IMG/VR virus record: IMGVR_UViG_3300048090_000069
Span: 1-25,651 of that record
DNA from: a virus
Taxonomy: Duplodnaviria > Heunggongvirae > Uroviricota > Caudoviricetes
Strand: one strand, 5' to 3'
DNA length: 25,651 bases
Shown here: one piece after another, positions 12,968-22,783 of the stretch
Position numbering within the stretch: position 1 is the stretch's first letter
How the letters are laid out: each line of letters starts with the position of its first letter
Made by a program: the position numbers and the translations under genes
The notes under the pieces: model-generated
Told to the model about the DNA's origin: nothing
The model's input: the letters and a program-made list of their open reading frames with translations, nothing else
Database searches by the model: none

Positions 12968-14482
12968 ATGAAAAAACCTAAGAAAGTGTATGGGCCTGCT
13001 AGTGAAATGCAAAGGATAGTGTTACAGGACAAAACCACTGATGTGATTTTGGTCGGAGGCGGCGCAGGAGGCGGAAAGACCCACATTTGTCTTACAAAAA
13101 ACTTAGATGGTATTCATGATCCGAGTTTTAGGGCAGCAATTTTGAGGCGATATGAACCCGAGTTGAAGCGTCCCGGAGGATTGATTGATGAGTCTAAAAG
13201 TATCTACCGAGATTTTACAAAGATTCCATATAAAACTCAAGCAAAATTATGGGAATTTCCTAGCGGGGCAACAATATCCTTCTCTGCAATTTCTTGTGAT
13301 GATGACTTAGGTTCTTGGCAAGGTTCTCAGCTTACCCGCTTCATGGTGGATGAGGCTGGTGATAAGTGGACAGAGAAACAAATCTTATTCTTGCAATCTC
13401 GACTACGTACAGTAGGCTCGAAAATACACCCTCAACTAATCTTGACATGCAACCCTGATATAAATTCCTTCTTAAAAAGTTGGGTTGATTATTCTCTTGA
13501 TCCTGATACGGGCGTACCACTACCCGGCACCGAGAATAAGATTAAATGGTTTGTGGTTGAAGATAACGTAGCTAAGTGGGCAGACAGCCCAGAAGAATGC
13601 TTCAAGTTGTACGGTGAGCCTAAAGGTCATATTTATGCACATGGGATGACTGAAGCTCAGTTGGATGCACTTACAACAGAAGAGAAACAACGTTTATGTA
13701 TGCCAAAGAGTTTTCGTTTTGTTCCGTGTAACGTGTTTTCTAATCCATTCCTGCTTCCACCAAGAAATACCAGCTATTTATCCAGCCTTTTATCTCAACC
13801 TTATGTAAACCAACTGAAATATTTACATGGCTCTTGGACAGCACGAGAGCAAGGAAGTATGTTCTTTGATAGAAATTGGGTTGAAATTGTAGAATTTCCT
13901 CCTGCAAAAGCTACCAGAGTGAGGGCTTGGGACTTCGCTTCCGAAGAAAAGACTAAGACTAATAATCCTGACTGGTCTGTCGGAGTGAAGATGAGTAGAG
14001 ACAGCTTCGGTACATATTATATAGAGGATGTTGTCAGATTTCAAGCCACTACGGACAAAGTTCTTAAAAAAGTGGCAGAAGTGGCTAAAGAAGATGGTGT
14101 AGATGAATGCACAGTAGTTATCCCTGTTGACCCCGGAGCCGCTGGTAAGTCTGCAATTTTCCTATATCGAACTGTTTTGTCAGAAAATGGTGTTCCTACA
14201 AGGACAGCGCCGGTTGTTTCTGGAAAATCTAAGCTGACACGTTTCCTCCCTCTTTGCTCTATGGCAGAAGCGGGTAATATTAAGGTTGTTCGTGCTGACT
14301 GGAATGAAGTGTTTTTCAAAGAGCTTGAAGCGTTCTCTTCTGATTTGAAATTACAGAAAACGCAAAAAGATGATCAAGTGGATAGTGCAAGTGATGCATT
14401 CACAACTCTCGCAAAGAACATAAATATTCCTTCATTTAGCATTAATAACTTTTCTCAGGCTAGTCCTATCCCAACCCTATAA
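12968..14482 (+). CDS. terL: terminase large subunit
   Basis: GGGAGGGKT Walker A, FMVDEAG Walker B, LTCNP, RAWDFA, KDDQVDSASDAF nuclease motifs; GGAGG RBS. Confidence 0.96.
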   Translation: MKKPKKVYGPASEMQRIVLQDKTTDVILVGGGAGGGKTHICLTKNLDGIHDPSFRAAILRRYEPELKRPGGLIDESKSIYRDFTKIPYKTQAKLWEFPSGATISFSAISCDDDLGSWQGSQLTRFMVDEAGDKWTEKQILFLQSRLRTVGSKIHPQLILTCNPDINSFLKSWVDYSLDPDTGVPLPGTENKIKWFVVEDNVAKWADSPEECFKLYGEPKGHIYAHGMTEAQLDALTTEEKQRLCMPKSFRFVPCNVFSNPFLLPPRNTSYLSSLLSQPYVNQLKYLHGSWTAREQGSMFFDRNWVEIVEFPPAKATRVRAWDFASEEKTKTNNPDWSVGVKMSRDSFGTYYIEDVVRFQATTDKVLKKVAEVAKEDGVDECTVVIPVDPGAAGKSAIFLYRTVLSENGVPTRTAPVVSGKSKLTRFLPLCSMAEAGNIKVVRADWNEVFFKELEAFSSDLKLQKTQKDDQVDSASDAFTTLAKNINIPSFSINNFSQASPIPTL

Positions 14483-14512
14483 TACCACAAATTTGCAAGA
14501 TTGTGTCAATAC

Positions 14513-14541
14513 TTGACAGTTTCTCTTTTTCGTGCTACAAT
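14513..14541 (+). promoter_or_regulatory. sigma70 promoter of the head operon
   Basis: TTGACA-17 bp-TACAAT with extended TG. Confidence 0.85.
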
Positions 14542-14568
14542 CTTGCAATAAATATACAAGGAGTTTTC

Positions 14569-16056
14569 ATGGCAAAACAGAAGCCAAAGAATACGGCTGC
14601 TCTCGCTGCCGATGAAGGAAACCCAATTCCCAGAATTTCCCTTACAGAACAAGGATATACAGGCTTACGTATTGTAGCTAAAAACATCCTTGAAGAAAAA
14701 CAGAGAACATTCCAACCCGGCCCTGCACTATGGCAAGTTAGAGAAGAAATGCTTCTAAACAGCACAGTTGCCACAGCATTTAATGTTTATAAAATGTTAA
14801 TGGCTCGTGTAGATTGGAAGGTTTGTCCTCCTAAAGACGCCACTGATATAGAGAAAGAGCGTGCAGCTTTTGTACAATCCTGTATGGATGATATGGAAGG
14901 TTCTTGGACAAGCTTCATGACAGAAGTGCTCCCCTATTTGGAATATGGTTATTCGGTTGTAGAAAAAGTATATCGCAGACGTTTAAAGAAGAACGGAAGC
15001 AAACATAATGACGGATTAGTAGGTATTAAAAAGTTAGCTCCTCGTGGGCAAGAAACTATTACTAAATGGTATTTTTCCGATGACGGCAGAGAGCTTTTAG
15101 CAGTTGGTCAGAATATGAACTTCATGGTAAACGCTTCTCGCTTCAGTGTCAAGCTAAATGATGATGGTGTTGTAGAACTGCCACGAGAGAAGGTTATGAT
15201 CTTCACTGCTGACGGTACGAAGTCTAACCCTCAAGGTAAGAGCCTCTTACGTTGTGTGTTCCTACCATACAAACAACTTTCATTGTTAAAAGATCAATTG
15301 ATGCTCGGAGTCAGTAAGGACTTACAAGGTATTCCTTATTTTCAAATTCCAGCTAAATTCCTCGATCCAAACGCTTCCCCAGAAGACAAAGCTGTCTACG
15401 AGTCTTTCAAGACCATTGTAAATGGTTTGGCAGAAGGTACACAGAAAGGTGTAATTCTCCCTAAGATTCTTGACCCTCAGACAAATGAAGATTTAGTTTC
15501 TCTGCAATTGCTGGAAGCAAAAGGCGGAAAAGCTTTTGATATCCCTTCTATCATTGCTGGTTTACAAACTGACATCCTGACAGCATTAAGTGTTGACGTT
15601 GTACAGCTTGGTAACGGTGGTGCTCACGGAAGTTTCTCTCTGGCATCCAGCAAACAAAATTTGCTGTCGATGGCTATTGAATTCCGTCTTAAAGAGATTC
15701 AAGAAGTGTTGAATACGGACTTGATGAAGCAGCTTTATGAGATGAATGGTTGGGACACTGACCGTATGTGCAAGTTTGATTATAGCGATATTATCGATTT
15801 GGACATGGAAGAGATTTCCAAGTTTATTCAGCGTTGTGCGAGTACGGGAATGCTGGTCAAGGATCATGCCACAATCAACAAGATTCGTGAAGCAATGGGT
15901 GTTGCCCCAATCCCTGAAGATACAAATCTAGATGATTTAGAGTTTACAGGCAATGGCAGTAGAGCCGGTGATGGAATGGCAACAGAAGGTGAAGGTACAA
16001 GTAAATCTCCTAGTGGGAAAGACAGTTCTTCTTCAAATAGTGAAAATGCAGCTTAA
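14569..16056 (+). CDS. portal protein
   Basis: follows terL; LPYLEYGYSVVEKVY, LAPRGQ, NPQGKSLLR, GVSKDLQGIP, GSFSLA motifs; start revised to ATG 14569 (AAGGAG RBS). Confidence 0.92.
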   Translation: MAKQKPKNTAALAADEGNPIPRISLTEQGYTGLRIVAKNILEEKQRTFQPGPALWQVREEMLLNSTVATAFNVYKMLMARVDWKVCPPKDATDIEKERAAFVQSCMDDMEGSWTSFMTEVLPYLEYGYSVVEKVYRRRLKKNGSKHNDGLVGIKKLAPRGQETITKWYFSDDGRELLAVGQNMNFMVNASRFSVKLNDDGVVELPREKVMIFTADGTKSNPQGKSLLRCVFLPYKQLSLLKDQLMLGVSKDLQGIPYFQIPAKFLDPNASPEDKAVYESFKTIVNGLAEGTQKGVILPKILDPQTNEDLVSLQLLEAKGGKAFDIPSIIAGLQTDILTALSVDVVQLGNGGAHGSFSLASSKQNLLSMAIEFRLKEIQEVLNTDLMKQLYEMNGWDTDRMCKFDYSDIIDLDMEEISKFIQRCASTGMLVKDHATINKIREAMGVAPIPEDTNLDDLEFTGNGSRAGDGMATEGEGTSKSPSGKDSSSSNSENAA

Positions 16057-16064
16057 GGAAAACA

Positions 16065-16916
16065 ATGGCACATAGTTTACAGAGGCTCCTGTCCTCCCTA
16101 TATAGCCAGCCTCATTTAATTACAGAAAGTGCTTTGAAGCCAGTTATTGAATATCTTCAGATGCGTAATTCTGTGAATTTTGAGGTTGTGCCTAAAGAAA
16201 ATTTACAAACAAAAAAAGAGCCGGGTAAATATGGTGACGTTGGGGAAATCCTTGTGGATGGCGCTCTAAGTTATCAACCTGTTTATGGTGAATGTGGTGT
16301 AGTTGAAGGAACCAGTTATGTAGGCATTCTTGCACAAGCAAGACATCTTATTGATAGCGGTGTAAAGGTTCTTGTTACTACTCACTCCAGTCCGGGTGGT
16401 CAAGCTGCTCACTGCTTCTCTACTGCTAATGATCTGCGCAAAATGTGCGATGAAGCAGGAGTAAAGTGGGTAAGTTATATTGATGAAATGTCTGCTTCTG
16501 CAAGCTTAGCAATCGGTATTGCCGCTGATGAAGTGATTATTCACCCTAGTGCAGAAACAGGTAGCATTGGTTGTGTCTGTGCTGTTCTGGATGTAAGCAA
16601 AGCTTTAGCAAATGCTGGTGTAAAACCTATTTACATTTCGTCCACTCCCGGTAAAACCCCATTCAATGAAGATGGTTCTTTCTCTGAAGGATTCCTCTCC
16701 AGAATGCAGGAAGATGTTACCAAATTAGGAAATCAATTTATTGCACACGTAAATAAATACACTGGATTATCTAGTGAAGATGTTTCCAACATGGATGCAA
16801 GAATGTTTGATGCAGAAGAGGCACTATCCGTAGGTCTTGTCAACAAGGTTATGGATCACAACGAATTCGTTGATTATTTAAATACTTTAACAAAAGGAGC
16901 AAGTAATAATGCTTGA
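16065..16916 (+). CDS. head maturation protease (S49, SppA/lambda gpC-like)
   Basis: HSSPGG, MSASASLAI, ETGSIGCV motifs. Confidence 0.9.
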   Translation: MAHSLQRLLSSLYSQPHLITESALKPVIEYLQMRNSVNFEVVPKENLQTKKEPGKYGDVGEILVDGALSYQPVYGECGVVEGTSYVGILAQARHLIDSGVKVLVTTHSSPGGQAAHCFSTANDLRKMCDEAGVKWVSYIDEMSASASLAIGIAADEVIIHPSAETGSIGCVCAVLDVSKALANAGVKPIYISSTPGKTPFNEDGSFSEGFLSRMQEDVTKLGNQFIAHVNKYTGLSSEDVSNMDARMFDAEEALSVGLVNKVMDHNEFVDYLNTLTKGASNNA

Positions 16917-17409
16917 TGGTCTGAAAAAGAAGTTGGGTATTACTCCCAATGTTGAAAAAGAAGCTGTGACAGATAAATTAAAAGTTGTTATGTCCGTCAC
17001 TGAAACTGATGAATATAAAGAACTGCTGGAAGGTTTTAAAGAGCAAAGCACTCAATTAGATGCCGCACTGGCTCAAGTACTTTCGCTGACAGCACAGTTA
17101 GAACAGTTTGCAGAAGCTAAGGCAGCAGCCGAAGCAGAGGCGAAGAAAGTAAAAATGGATGCTCGTATGGCATCTCTTTCTAAAGAAGTTGGCGATGAAC
17201 GTGCTAAAAAAGTTCTAGCCGCAACTGAAGGTATGGATGATGCCGCGTTTACCGCCATCGCTGATGCCTTAAAAATGTCGGCTGACACTGAAGCCAAATC
17301 TACCCTCTTTACAGAGCAAGGTGCTAGCGAAGAAGTTACGCCTGAAGCTCGTAATACAGAATCTGAAGAAATGAAGCTTCTGAAAGAGAAATACAACAAA
17401 TCTGCTTGA
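16909..17409 (+). CDS. capsid scaffolding protein (putative)
   Basis: Ala/Glu/Lys-rich helical protein between protease and decoration genes. Confidence 0.65.
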   Translation: MLDGLKKKLGITPNVEKEAVTDKLKVVMSVTETDEYKELLEGFKEQSTQLDAALAQVLSLTAQLEQFAEAKAAAEAEAKKVKMDARMASLSKEVGDERAKKVLAATEGMDDAAFTAIADALKMSADTEAKSTLFTEQGASEEVTPEARNTESEEMKLLKEKYNKSA

Positions 17410-17429
17410 TTAAAATTAAAGGATAAATA

Positions 17430-17849
17430 ATGACTGTTTTTGCTACTGATAATGGCATTCGTTTCTCGTCTGTTATTAAACATGAATACGAACCAGCAAC
17501 CGCTTTTTGCCGTGATGTTGTCACTGTGAATGATGTTGCACAAACAATGAAGGTTGGCACTGTTCTGGGTAAAGTTACCGCAACTGGTAAATACAAAAAG
17601 CTGGAAGCTACCGCTGCTGATGGTTCCCAAAATGCCGCTGCGATCTTCCTTGGTGACACTCTGGGTAATTCCGTTGATCTGGCTGTTGCTGCTACCACTG
17701 ATACTAAAGTTTTAGTGCTGACTCGTGGCCCTGCATTTGTTTCTAAATCCGCTCTGGTGTTTGGCGCTTCGGTTGACACTCAAGGAGAATTGGATGCTGC
17801 TTATGCTCAACTCACGGCTCTGGGTATGATCCCTGTCGAAGCTGTTTAA
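17430..17849 (+). CDS. head decoration protein (lambda gpD-like)
   Basis: VGTVLGKVTATGKY, ADGSQNAAAI, VLTRGPA; directly upstream of the capsid gene. Confidence 0.88.
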   Translation: MTVFATDNGIRFSSVIKHEYEPATAFCRDVVTVNDVAQTMKVGTVLGKVTATGKYKKLEATAADGSQNAAAIFLGDTLGNSVDLAVAATTDTKVLVLTRGPAFVSKSALVFGASVDTQGELDAAYAQLTALGMIPVEAV

Positions 17850-17870
17850 TTAATAAAAGGAAAAATACTC

Positions 17871-18899
17871 ATGATCATTCGTGATACTCGTGATGGTGGC
17901 CAATTTAAGATGGCCGATTGGACTCAAGAAATCAATGTAATCCCTAATTCGTGGGGTTTCATTGGTGGTATGGGTCTGTTTGCTGAAGAGCCTATTACTG
18001 GCCCTGTGGTTCAGTTTGAAGAAATTACTCAAAATGGTGCTCTGATTATCGACCGTGTGCGTGGTGAGCGCTCCACTGTTGGTAAAGACCGTAGCCGTAA
18101 AATGCACTCGTTCAACGTGCCTCACTTCCCTTTGGACGACTACATTTCGCCACGCGACTTAGTTGGTGTGCGTGCATACGGTTCCCCAAATGAAGTTGAA
18201 AAACTGCCTGCTGTCCGTGCTCGTAAGATGGAAGACCTGCGCCGTAAACATGCTTGGACTCTGGAAGCTGCACGCGCTCAAGTGCTGACTGCTGGCACTG
18301 TATATGCACCTTCTGGCACTGTTTCGCAAAACTGGTTTACTGAATTTGGTGTTACTCAAACTTCGGTTAACTTCAACCTGAGTTCTGGTACTGCTGATAT
18401 CTACGGAAACATTGAATCGGTAATCGCAGCTATTCAAGATAATGCTGGTGACTACGGTTCGACAGTGACAGGTGTTGTGTTCCTGTGCTCTCCGGGTTGG
18501 TTCTCGGCATTCGTAGGCCACTCTAAGATCGTCAATGCGTTCCAGTATTACACCACTTCCGGTGCTGCTCAACCTCTGCGCGAGCGTCTGGGTGGTAAGA
18601 ACACAATGCATCGTGTGTTTGAATTTGCTGGTGCAACGTTCATTGAAATGCGTGATTCGTACAACGGTACTCCGCTGATTCCTGCAAACACTGCTACAGC
18701 TATCCCAATGGGTACTGATGCATTCAAGACTCTGTTTGCTCCATGCGACCGTTTCAACTTCGTTAACACAGACGGCGAACAAATCTACATGTTTGAGTTT
18801 GAAGATAACAAAGGTACGAAGATTGAAATTGAATCTGAGTCCAACTTCATCAACGTGATTTATCGTCCTGCTCTGGTTATTGCTGTAACTAAGTCGTAA
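17871..18899 (+). CDS. major capsid protein (lambda gpE-like family)
   Basis: 342 aa; GLF...VQFE, RG...GKDRSRKMHSFNVPHFPLDD, FAPCDRFNFVNT, ESNFINVIYRP; strongly biased codon usage. Confidence 0.93.
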   Translation: MIIRDTRDGGQFKMADWTQEINVIPNSWGFIGGMGLFAEEPITGPVVQFEEITQNGALIIDRVRGERSTVGKDRSRKMHSFNVPHFPLDDYISPRDLVGVRAYGSPNEVEKLPAVRARKMEDLRRKHAWTLEAARAQVLTAGTVYAPSGTVSQNWFTEFGVTQTSVNFNLSSGTADIYGNIESVIAAIQDNAGDYGSTVTGVVFLCSPGWFSAFVGHSKIVNAFQYYTTSGAAQPLRERLGGKNTMHRVFEFAGATFIEMRDSYNGTPLIPANTATAIPMGTDAFKTLFAPCDRFNFVNTDGEQIYMFEFEDNKGTKIEIESESNFINVIYRPALVIAVTKS

Positions 18900-18908
18900 T
18901 CAAATCTT

Positions 18909-18936
18909 CAGCCTCTGCAAAGGGGCTGTTGTTTAT
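18909..18936 (+). terminator. intrinsic terminator after the capsid gene
   Basis: CAGCCTCT-GCAA-AGGGGCTG followed by TTGTTT. Confidence 0.8.
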
Positions 18937-18981
18937 GGGTTCTTCAATAAGAGCCTATAAATAACATATAAGGAGAAATGT

Positions 18982-19398
18982 ATGGCAATTGATTTCTCGT
19001 CCGATGTAGGACGTGTAAGGCTTCGGATTGGAGATATTAATGATTTACCATTTCTTCCAGACGAAGTGTATTTCACAGCAATTCAAGAAAATAATGGAAA
19101 TCTTTCCAGAGCTTCGCAACTCTGTGCTCAATATCTGTTAGCGATGTTTGCTATCGGAGCTTCCCACAAAAAGATGGTGCAGCTTGAAGTTTGGAATAAA
19201 GAGAGGTTCGACGCTTATAGACAATTCCTACTTGACACAGTAACTAATCCCGCTTTCATTGGTGGTGTTTACCCAATCCCTTATGGAGTATCTTCAGATG
19301 ATGCAAATGACCCTGTCAAACAGTTCATTTGTGATTGGAATAATAATTGGAACACCTTTACTGTTGATGAAAACATGAACATGACAGCTTGGAGTTGA
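18982..19398 (+). CDS. head-tail adaptor (putative)
   Basis: GRVRLRIGD...LPDEVY N-terminus; first gene after the capsid gene. Confidence 0.7.
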   Translation: MAIDFSSDVGRVRLRIGDINDLPFLPDEVYFTAIQENNGNLSRASQLCAQYLLAMFAIGASHKKMVQLEVWNKERFDAYRQFLLDTVTNPAFIGGVYPIPYGVSSDDANDPVKQFICDWNNNWNTFTVDENMNMTAWS

Positions 19399-19401
19399 AA
19401 T

Positions 19402-19782
19402 ATGAGTACAGCAGAATTTCAATCTATTGTCTCTGAATTCTTCGATGAACAAGGTTGGTCTTGTCAAGCAACATTGATCAAAACAACTTCTGTATATGAC
19501 CCATTGACATCTGAGAATACACAAACTGAAAAACGTTACGTAGTGAAAGCAATGCCTTTTGATTATATTAATAAATTTCAGGGGGTTACTACACAAGATA
19601 GTACGTTGATTAAAACTGGCGACAAGCAAGTGTTTGTAAAACCAATTCCACAGATTACGGATATTGACCCTAGTGCTGACAAGATTCAAATTGGTAACAC
19701 TATATATAAAATCGTTACAGTAAAAGTGGTCAATCCCACTTTGAATTTACCACTATATTACGAACTATTTGTTCGTGTTTAA
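19402..19782 (+). CDS. head closure/head-tail joining protein (putative)
   Basis: YDP...LIKTGDKQVFV...YKIVTVK..P...YYELFVR; synteny. Confidence 0.7.
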   Translation: MSTAEFQSIVSEFFDEQGWSCQATLIKTTSVYDPLTSENTQTEKRYVVKAMPFDYINKFQGVTTQDSTLIKTGDKQVFVKPIPQITDIDPSADKIQIGNTIYKIVTVKVVNPTLNLPLYYELFVRV

Positions 19783-19794
19783 TAAGGAATAAAC

Positions 19795-20238
19795 ATGTCG
19801 AAGGCAGATGTATTTGAAAATGATTATATGAAGCTTATCTTCAACAATGTAGCTATTGCTAACATTGGAGATGCTTCTGGTTTACAACCGTCCGCAGCAG
19901 CAGGTAGTTTGTATTTCTCCCTGCACACTGCTGATCCCGGAGAAACGGGTACACAAACAACTTCTGAAACAGCTTATACAGGATACGTCCGACAAGCTGT
20001 TGCTCGCTCTAGCGGTGGTTTTACTGTCGCAGCAAACGCTGTGCAATTAGTAGCAAACCTAGACTTCCCGGCGTGTACAGCATCTCCCGGTGCTGCTCTT
20101 ACCCACTTTGCTATTGGCACTGTTTCTAGTGGTGCAGGTAAGATTTTGTACAGTGGTACTCTGACTCCTAATATCACAATGGCTGTTGGTGTTATCCCAC
20201 GCATTACTACTGCTGCTAACTTAGTAACTGAAGATTAA
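19795..20238 (+). CDS. virion structural protein (accessory module gene 1)
   Basis: LYFSLHTADPGE...SETAYTGYVRQAV; beta-rich, Ala/Gly/Thr-rich. Confidence 0.65.
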   Translation: MSKADVFENDYMKLIFNNVAIANIGDASGLQPSAAAGSLYFSLHTADPGETGTQTTSETAYTGYVRQAVARSSGGFTVAANAVQLVANLDFPACTASPGAALTHFAIGTVSSGAGKILYSGTLTPNITMAVGVIPRITTAANLVTED

Positions 20239-20241
20239 AAC

Positions 20242-20706
20242 ATGGACAGCGTACTTAGAGATGAAGTGTTAAATGATCCGGCTGGACTAGGTTACGCTGC
20301 ATTGCTGCCGGACTCTCCGGGGCAAGTGGTAGAAATTATCAATGATAAAAGATTTACTCTACACCGTTCCAGAATGATTTCGGAAAGAGGTTTAATGGCA
20401 AGAATGCCATCTGGAGCTATCGCAGCAGATGCAGTGCTAACCAAGCTTGAGAACTATTCCAAGACATCTGGGACTTATTCTACTGTGGTGGCTAGAGCCT
20501 TGAAGTTCTTGGCACTTCCTGACGGAATCGATATTGGAGAGCCAGCAACACAAGGTCTTATTGACATCCTTGCCGCTTCCGGGGTGATTACATCCGGAGA
20601 AGCCGCTGAAATCAAAGACCTCTCCCTTCAACCCGCCTCAAGGGCGGAAATACTCGGACTTAGCTACGTCACAGAACAAAATCTAAGAGATGCAGGAGTA
20701 GTGTAA
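20242..20706 (+). CDS. hypothetical protein (accessory module gene 2)
   Basis: 154-aa helical ORF, tightly packed with neighbours. Confidence 0.7.
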   Translation: MDSVLRDEVLNDPAGLGYAALLPDSPGQVVEIINDKRFTLHRSRMISERGLMARMPSGAIAADAVLTKLENYSKTSGTYSTVVARALKFLALPDGIDIGEPATQGLIDILAASGVITSGEAAEIKDLSLQPASRAEILGLSYVTEQNLRDAGVV

Positions 20707-21158
20707 TGTCAACTGTAAAACAAGTAGTAGGAACCCGTACATCATTATCGTACACTGGTTTGTCAACTTTAGCTAGTGCTACATACGTAAGAAACACAAC
20801 AGCGTATGATTGTACTACAAATCAACCTCTTGATGTAGTTATCGAGGTTGATGCAGCAACAACGAACACTCCCGCTGGTAATAAACAACTTGTAGTATTC
20901 ATTCAAGATTCCTTAGACGGTACTAACTTCCGAAGTGGCCCTTCCAGTGGAACATCTACGACAGATGAACCTAATCTTCGCTTCCTAGGAACTCTCCCTA
21001 TTGGAACGGCGTCCGTAACGCAAATCGGAACATTCAGTTTGGTTGCAGCCCTTGGATATATTCCAGCTAAATTCTACGTAGTAATTAAGAATGACCTTGG
21101 AGTGGCACTAACATCTGCCACTGTCTACACGTCTGAAATCTCTGGTACGGTGGTGTAA
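20706..21158 (+). CDS. putative structural beta-sandwich protein (accessory module gene 3)
   Basis: TAATG overlap; Thr/Val-rich strands. Confidence 0.65.
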   Translation: MSTVKQVVGTRTSLSYTGLSTLASATYVRNTTAYDCTTNQPLDVVIEVDAATTNTPAGNKQLVVFIQDSLDGTNFRSGPSSGTSTTDEPNLRFLGTLPIGTASVTQIGTFSLVAALGYIPAKFYVVIKNDLGVALTSATVYTSEISGTVV

Positions 21159-21160
21159 TC

Positions 21161-22777
21161 ATGGTGGCGATTGCTCTGCCAACACGTCAAGCTAGGCAGC
21201 AACCGCAAAATGGAACACCTCGCCTAGACTTAGACAATCCAGTGACACAGGGAGTGGTGTGGGTTTCAGGAACTAACAGTACAACTTTTGGCCCTAACGG
21301 GAATTTGCGGGACGTAGTATCTAATCGTCTAGCTACAATTAATGATACCAACAATTACTTCACTAAAAGTTATCATCCGTTGGGGGTTATTAGCACTCGT
21401 GTGATAGGTTCGGCTGACAACGGCGTGACTTATAATGGCCCTGTAGGTTTACTGCACGGGGCTACAGAATTTACACTGGTCAGCACCTTTATTTTCCGTT
21501 CAGGTTCCATCTCTGCCCAATGGTTAAATTTCAGGGTAGATAATCAGCATTCAATAGACGTGTTTAGTCAAACATCCAATAGCATAACTTTTGGGTGTGA
21601 TTGGGCTGGAGCGTGGAACGGAACATCACAGCAGACATTAAGCGGTCTTAATGATGGTGATGTAGTTACAATCTGTGCTTCTGTTAATCAATCAGGCGCA
21701 CGTTTCTTTGCCAATGGAAAATTCATAGGCACAAAGAGTGGTTCAGGATTCACAATTTCCACAGCAGCTAGTGCAACATCTATTGTTTGGGGTATTCGTA
21801 CAGACTATGTACAGGGTATGGCAATCAAAAGAGCCTTATCGGATTCTGCTGCAATTTCACTTACAAAGAATCCTTGGCAAGTGTATAGTGCTGATCCTGA
21901 TAGGCGTTTCCTAGCTATTGCAGGAGCAACGTCCTCCTCCATTATATCCGCAAGCGGAAGCTGCACAAGCACTGCAATAGCAGCAGCTATTGCTAGAGCC
22001 TTATGGCCTATTAATGGAAGTTCTCAAGGGACTGCCACTTTAAGCTCTGCTGTAAATGCTATTAGTAAATCAGATGGAAGTTCCTCTGGCAGTAGTGCAA
22101 TAAGCTCTGTTGTAAGGGCTATATGGAATTCTTCCGGGGATTCTTCTAGTACATCTGTTGTTACATCAACATCAAATTCTGTTTATGGCACAACAGGAAG
22201 TTCTTCGTCAATCTCCTCTGTAGCAGCTAGTACACAATCTATTTGGGTAGTTGTTGGCTCTGCTTCTGGTACGTCCACAGTAAATGGCGAAACAGTTTCA
22301 GGGACAACCACAATAAGTGCAGATGGCTCTAGTAGTGGGTTGAGTAGTGTACAAGCTATCGTAAATGCTATAACTCAATCTTTGGGTAGTGTCTCGGGAA
22401 GCAGTTCGGCACAAGCAATAGTAAATTCCGTAATACCTTCCAACGGAACTTCTTCAGGGGTTGGTGCTGCACAATCTAATGCTAACTCTGTAAATCAGAG
22501 TACAGGAAACGGGGTAGGTTTTAGCAATGTAAATGCAAGCTCTGTAGCTATTCAAATTACTGTTGCTAACTCAAGCGGTAGTGCGAGTGTTGACTCTATA
22601 ACCCAAGCTATAAAGGGTGTTGTTGCTAGTGCTATTGGTGCATCTACAACTAGTGCCACATCTTCTGGAGGAATCCAATATATTAAAATTGGAGATAAAC
22701 TTTCTATTACAATTATTACTGACGAATATGCTGTAAGTGTTTTAGATAATCTCTACTCGTCAACATTACTAAATTGA
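21161..22777 (+). CDS. LamG/concanavalin-like lectin domain protein with 20-aa Ser/Ala/Gly repeat stalk
   Basis: ARFFANGKFIG...RALSDSAAISLTKNPWQ LamG-type ending; about 12 repeats of 20 aa from roughly aa 264. Confidence 0.7.
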   Translation: MVAIALPTRQARQQPQNGTPRLDLDNPVTQGVVWVSGTNSTTFGPNGNLRDVVSNRLATINDTNNYFTKSYHPLGVISTRVIGSADNGVTYNGPVGLLHGATEFTLVSTFIFRSGSISAQWLNFRVDNQHSIDVFSQTSNSITFGCDWAGAWNGTSQQTLSGLNDGDVVTICASVNQSGARFFANGKFIGTKSGSGFTISTAASATSIVWGIRTDYVQGMAIKRALSDSAAISLTKNPWQVYSADPDRRFLAIAGATSSSIISASGSCTSTAIAAAIARALWPINGSSQGTATLSSAVNAISKSDGSSSGSSAISSVVRAIWNSSGDSSSTSVVTSTSNSVYGTTGSSSSISSVAASTQSIWVVVGSASGTSTVNGETVSGTTTISADGSSSGLSSVQAIVNAITQSLGSVSGSSSAQAIVNSVIPSNGTSSGVGAAQSNANSVNQSTGNGVGFSNVNASSVAIQITVANSSGSASVDSITQAIKGVVASAIGASTTSATSSGGIQYIKIGDKLSITIITDEYAVSVLDNLYSSTLLN

Positions 22778-22783
22778 GGTCAT

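Noticed and set aside
12968-18899. Intron or intein in terminase, portal or capsid genes
   Set aside because: ORFs are continuous, of normal length, and lack splice-junction motifs.
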